NCBI GenBank assembly: GCA_041651655.1
Contig: JBAZIW010000003.1
Coordinates: forward strand, 8,917 to 72,916
Source of the DNA: Minisyncoccota bacterium
Lineage (GTDB): Bacteria > Patescibacteriota > Minisyncoccia > Minisyncoccales > Minisyncoccaceae
Length of the DNA: 64,000 nucleotides
Reading direction: 5' to 3'
The position numbers and the translations under genes are program-made. Under the pieces are notes generated by a model. It did no database searches, had not been told where the DNA came from, and saw only the letters and a list, made by a program, of their open reading frames with translations. Positions 62,458-64,000 of the stretch are shown here, one piece after another (the first letter of the stretch is position 1; each line of letters starts with the position of its first letter).

Positions 62458-63024
62458 TTAACTTTTCTTAAAGGGAAAGTCAAGTAACTTAAACAATTCC
62501 AATCCTTCGGCTTTGCTCTTGGCAGTGGTTGTAACTGTAACTTCCATTCCTAAAATAATCGGAGACTTTTCTGGAGATATTTCCGGGAAAGCAATATGCT
62601 CTTTAATTCCCAAATTCAAATTTCCTTTCTCATCAATTGATTTAGGATTAATTCCCAAGAAATCTCTGGAACGAGGTAAAACAACGTTAACCAATTTTTC
62701 CAAAAAGTCGCTCATTTTCTTTCCTCTCAAAGTAACCTTTGATCCAATAATACTTCCTTCTCTTAATTTAAAAGTAGAAATTGATTTTCTGGCTACGGTT
62801 GTTACCGGCTTTTGTCCGCAAATACTGGAAAGATTAGTTAAGATATAGTCAACGAATTTTCTCTGTTCATCTTTTGTCTTCGGAGAAATAACTCTTCCAA
62901 AACCAATATTGATAACTACTTTGTCCAATCTTGGAATCGCCATAACGTTTTTGTATCCGAACTTTTCCTTCATTTGAGGGACGGCGATCTTCTTGTATTT
63001 TTCTTTAATGCTTGTTATTGCCAT
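62458..63024 (-). CDS. rplE: 50S ribosomal protein L5
   Basis: NVMAIPRLDKVVINIGFG...RGKKMSDFLEKL...DEKGNLNLGIKEHIAFPE. Confidence 0.95.
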   Translation of the reverse strand: MAITSIKEKYKKIAVPQMKEKFGYKNVMAIPRLDKVVINIGFGRVISPKTKDEQRKFVDYILTNLSSICGQKPVTTVARKSISTFKLREGSIIGSKVTLRGKKMSDFLEKLVNVVLPRSRDFLGINPKSIDEKGNLNLGIKEHIAFPEISPEKSPIILGMEVTVTTTAKSKAEGLELFKLLDFPFKKS

Positions 63025-63034
63025 AATATTTTAA

Positions 63035-63340
63035 TTAAATGCGTGCTCCACATTTCTTACAAACGCGGTATTTCTTTCCTTCAACTATTTCGTATCCGAC
63101 TCTGGTTGCTTTTCCGCACTTAGAACAAACCAACTCAACGTTTGAAATATTGATTGCTCTGGGAGCAGAAACTACCTGTCCTTTCTGTCCGGATTTCTTG
63201 GGCTTAACATGCTTCTTTACCAAAGCAATTCCTTCAACAACAATTCGGCTTTTTGTAGGAATAGATTTCAAAACCTTTCCTTTTTTGCCTTTGTCATTGC
63301 CCGCGATTATTAAAACTTGATCGTCCTTTTTTATCTTCAT
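63035..63340 (-). CDS. rplX: 50S ribosomal protein L24 (with C-terminal CxxC...CxxC zinc ribbon)
   Basis: KOW motif MKIKKDDQVLIIAGNDKGKKGKV, and CSKCGKATRVG...VCKKCG. Confidence 0.93.
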   Translation of the reverse strand: MKIKKDDQVLIIAGNDKGKKGKVLKSIPTKSRIVVEGIALVKKHVKPKKSGQKGQVVSAPRAINISNVELVCSKCGKATRVGYEIVEGKKYRVCKKCGARI

Positions 63341-63344
63341 ATGT

Positions 63345-63716
63345 TTAAACTAAATCTTTTGTCATTGTTGAAATCTTTTCGAATCCTTTTTCTCTCACCT
63401 CTCTCGCAACTGGTCCTAAGATTCTTGTTCCCTTAGGTTCCTTTGATGCGCCTTCAAGCATAACGATAGCATTATCATCGAAACGAATATATGTTCCGTT
63501 GCTTCTTCTAACTGCACCTCTCTCTCTGACGATAACGGCCTTTAGAACTTGGTGCTTCTTTACTACCTTTCTCGGTTCGGCATCTTTTACGGCAACCACA
63601 ATAATATCACCCAGTGATGCGTATCTTCTATATGTTCCGCCTAAAACACGGATACATTTAGCCATCTTGGCGCCTGAATTGTCGGCTACCTTTAATAATG
63701 TCTGTACTTGTATCAT
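63345..63716 (-). CDS. rplN: 50S ribosomal protein L14
   Basis: MIQVQTLLKVADNSGAK...IRFDDNAIV. Confidence 0.96.
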   Translation of the reverse strand: MIQVQTLLKVADNSGAKMAKCIRVLGGTYRRYASLGDIIVVAVKDAEPRKVVKKHQVLKAVIVRERGAVRRSNGTYIRFDDNAIVMLEGASKEPKGTRILGPVAREVREKGFEKISTMTKDLV

Positions 63717-63722
63717 TTTCTT

Positions 63723-63965
63723 TTATTTACTTAGATATTTTGAAACCACTTCCCATTTCTTATCTTTTGACATCGGCTTTGCTTCTCTGATTACAACCTT
63801 GTCTCCCATTTTAAATTCTCCGGTCTCTGTGTGAGCCTTGTATTTCTTGTGAATCTTGTATCTTCTCTTGTACTTCGGATGTTCTTTAATTCTTTCAACC
63901 TCAACTACAACAGTCTTCTGCATTTTATCCGATACTATTTTTCCTATTAATTCCTTTTTTGGCAT
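63723..63965 (-). CDS. rpsQ: 30S ribosomal protein S17
   Basis: GKIVSDKMQKTVVVEVERIKEHPKYKRRYKIHKKYKAH. Confidence 0.93.
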   Translation of the reverse strand: MPKKELIGKIVSDKMQKTVVVEVERIKEHPKYKRRYKIHKKYKAHTETGEFKMGDKVVIREAKPMSKDKKWEVVSKYLSK

Positions 63966-64000
63966 ACTATTTTTTATTTAATATAGTCAAAATCCTAGCA

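Noticed and set aside
1-64000. Alternative genetic code (UGA recoded, as in some CPR lineages)
   Set aside because: Well-recognised genes terminate cleanly at TGA (for example the hrcA/grpE and 41419/mnmA ATGA overlaps). No conserved protein is interrupted by in-frame TGA, so the standard bacterial code fits.

Overview
AT-rich, gene-dense bacterial chromosome segment. It looks like a reduced-genome Patescibacteria/CPR-type organism: short genes, an S5-L15 junction without L30, zinc-ribbon forms of S14 and L24, and almost no Shine-Dalgarno sequences. Core content: rplJ-rplL; a ClpA/B-family ATPase; the dcw-cluster start mraZ-rsmH-ftsL-ftsI; rplU; dnaB; cysK-cysS; dnaX; tsaC; gpmA; hrcA-grpE-dnaK-dnaJ; mnmA; an ECF sigma/anti-sigma/SIMPL operon; a MiaB-family methylthiotransferase; a C-terminal processing protease; rplI; pyrG; rpmA; uppS; tpiA; galT-like; and the distal spc/alpha ribosomal operon rpsQ-rplN-rplX-rplE-rpsN-rpsH-rplF-rplR-rpsE-rplO-secY-adk-map. 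There are four tRNAs: Glu-CUC, Gln-UUG, Lys-UUU and Gly-CCC. Accessory content: an ~8 kb island next to tRNA-Gln with a large serine recombinase, a DUF5320/thioredoxin/DUF134 cluster, an intact IS3-family element and a solo IS end; a small islet after tRNA-Lys with an Ltp-like protein; and a XerC/D-like recombinase flanked by higher-GC orphan genes. The most interesting signals lie outside annotated proteins. (1) A leaderless 17-codon leader peptide with five consecutive Cys codons, plus a complete 1:2/2:3/3:4 attenuator, upstream of cysK-cysS. (2) A 1.3 kb intergenic array of at least six tandem promoter-hairpin-terminator cassettes between cysK and dnaX (candidate sRNA genes). (3) A ~760 nt ORF-free, GC-enriched transcription unit convergent with rplL (candidate large structured RNA). 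(4) A ~330 nt candidate ncRNA carrying a tRNA-like T-arm, next to a 23-aa hydrophobic peptide gene. (5) Paralogous cassettes encoding 8-9 aa Cys-containing peptides beside the tyrosine recombinase. All coordinates and motifs were read by eye from the sequence. No database search or folding computation was run.
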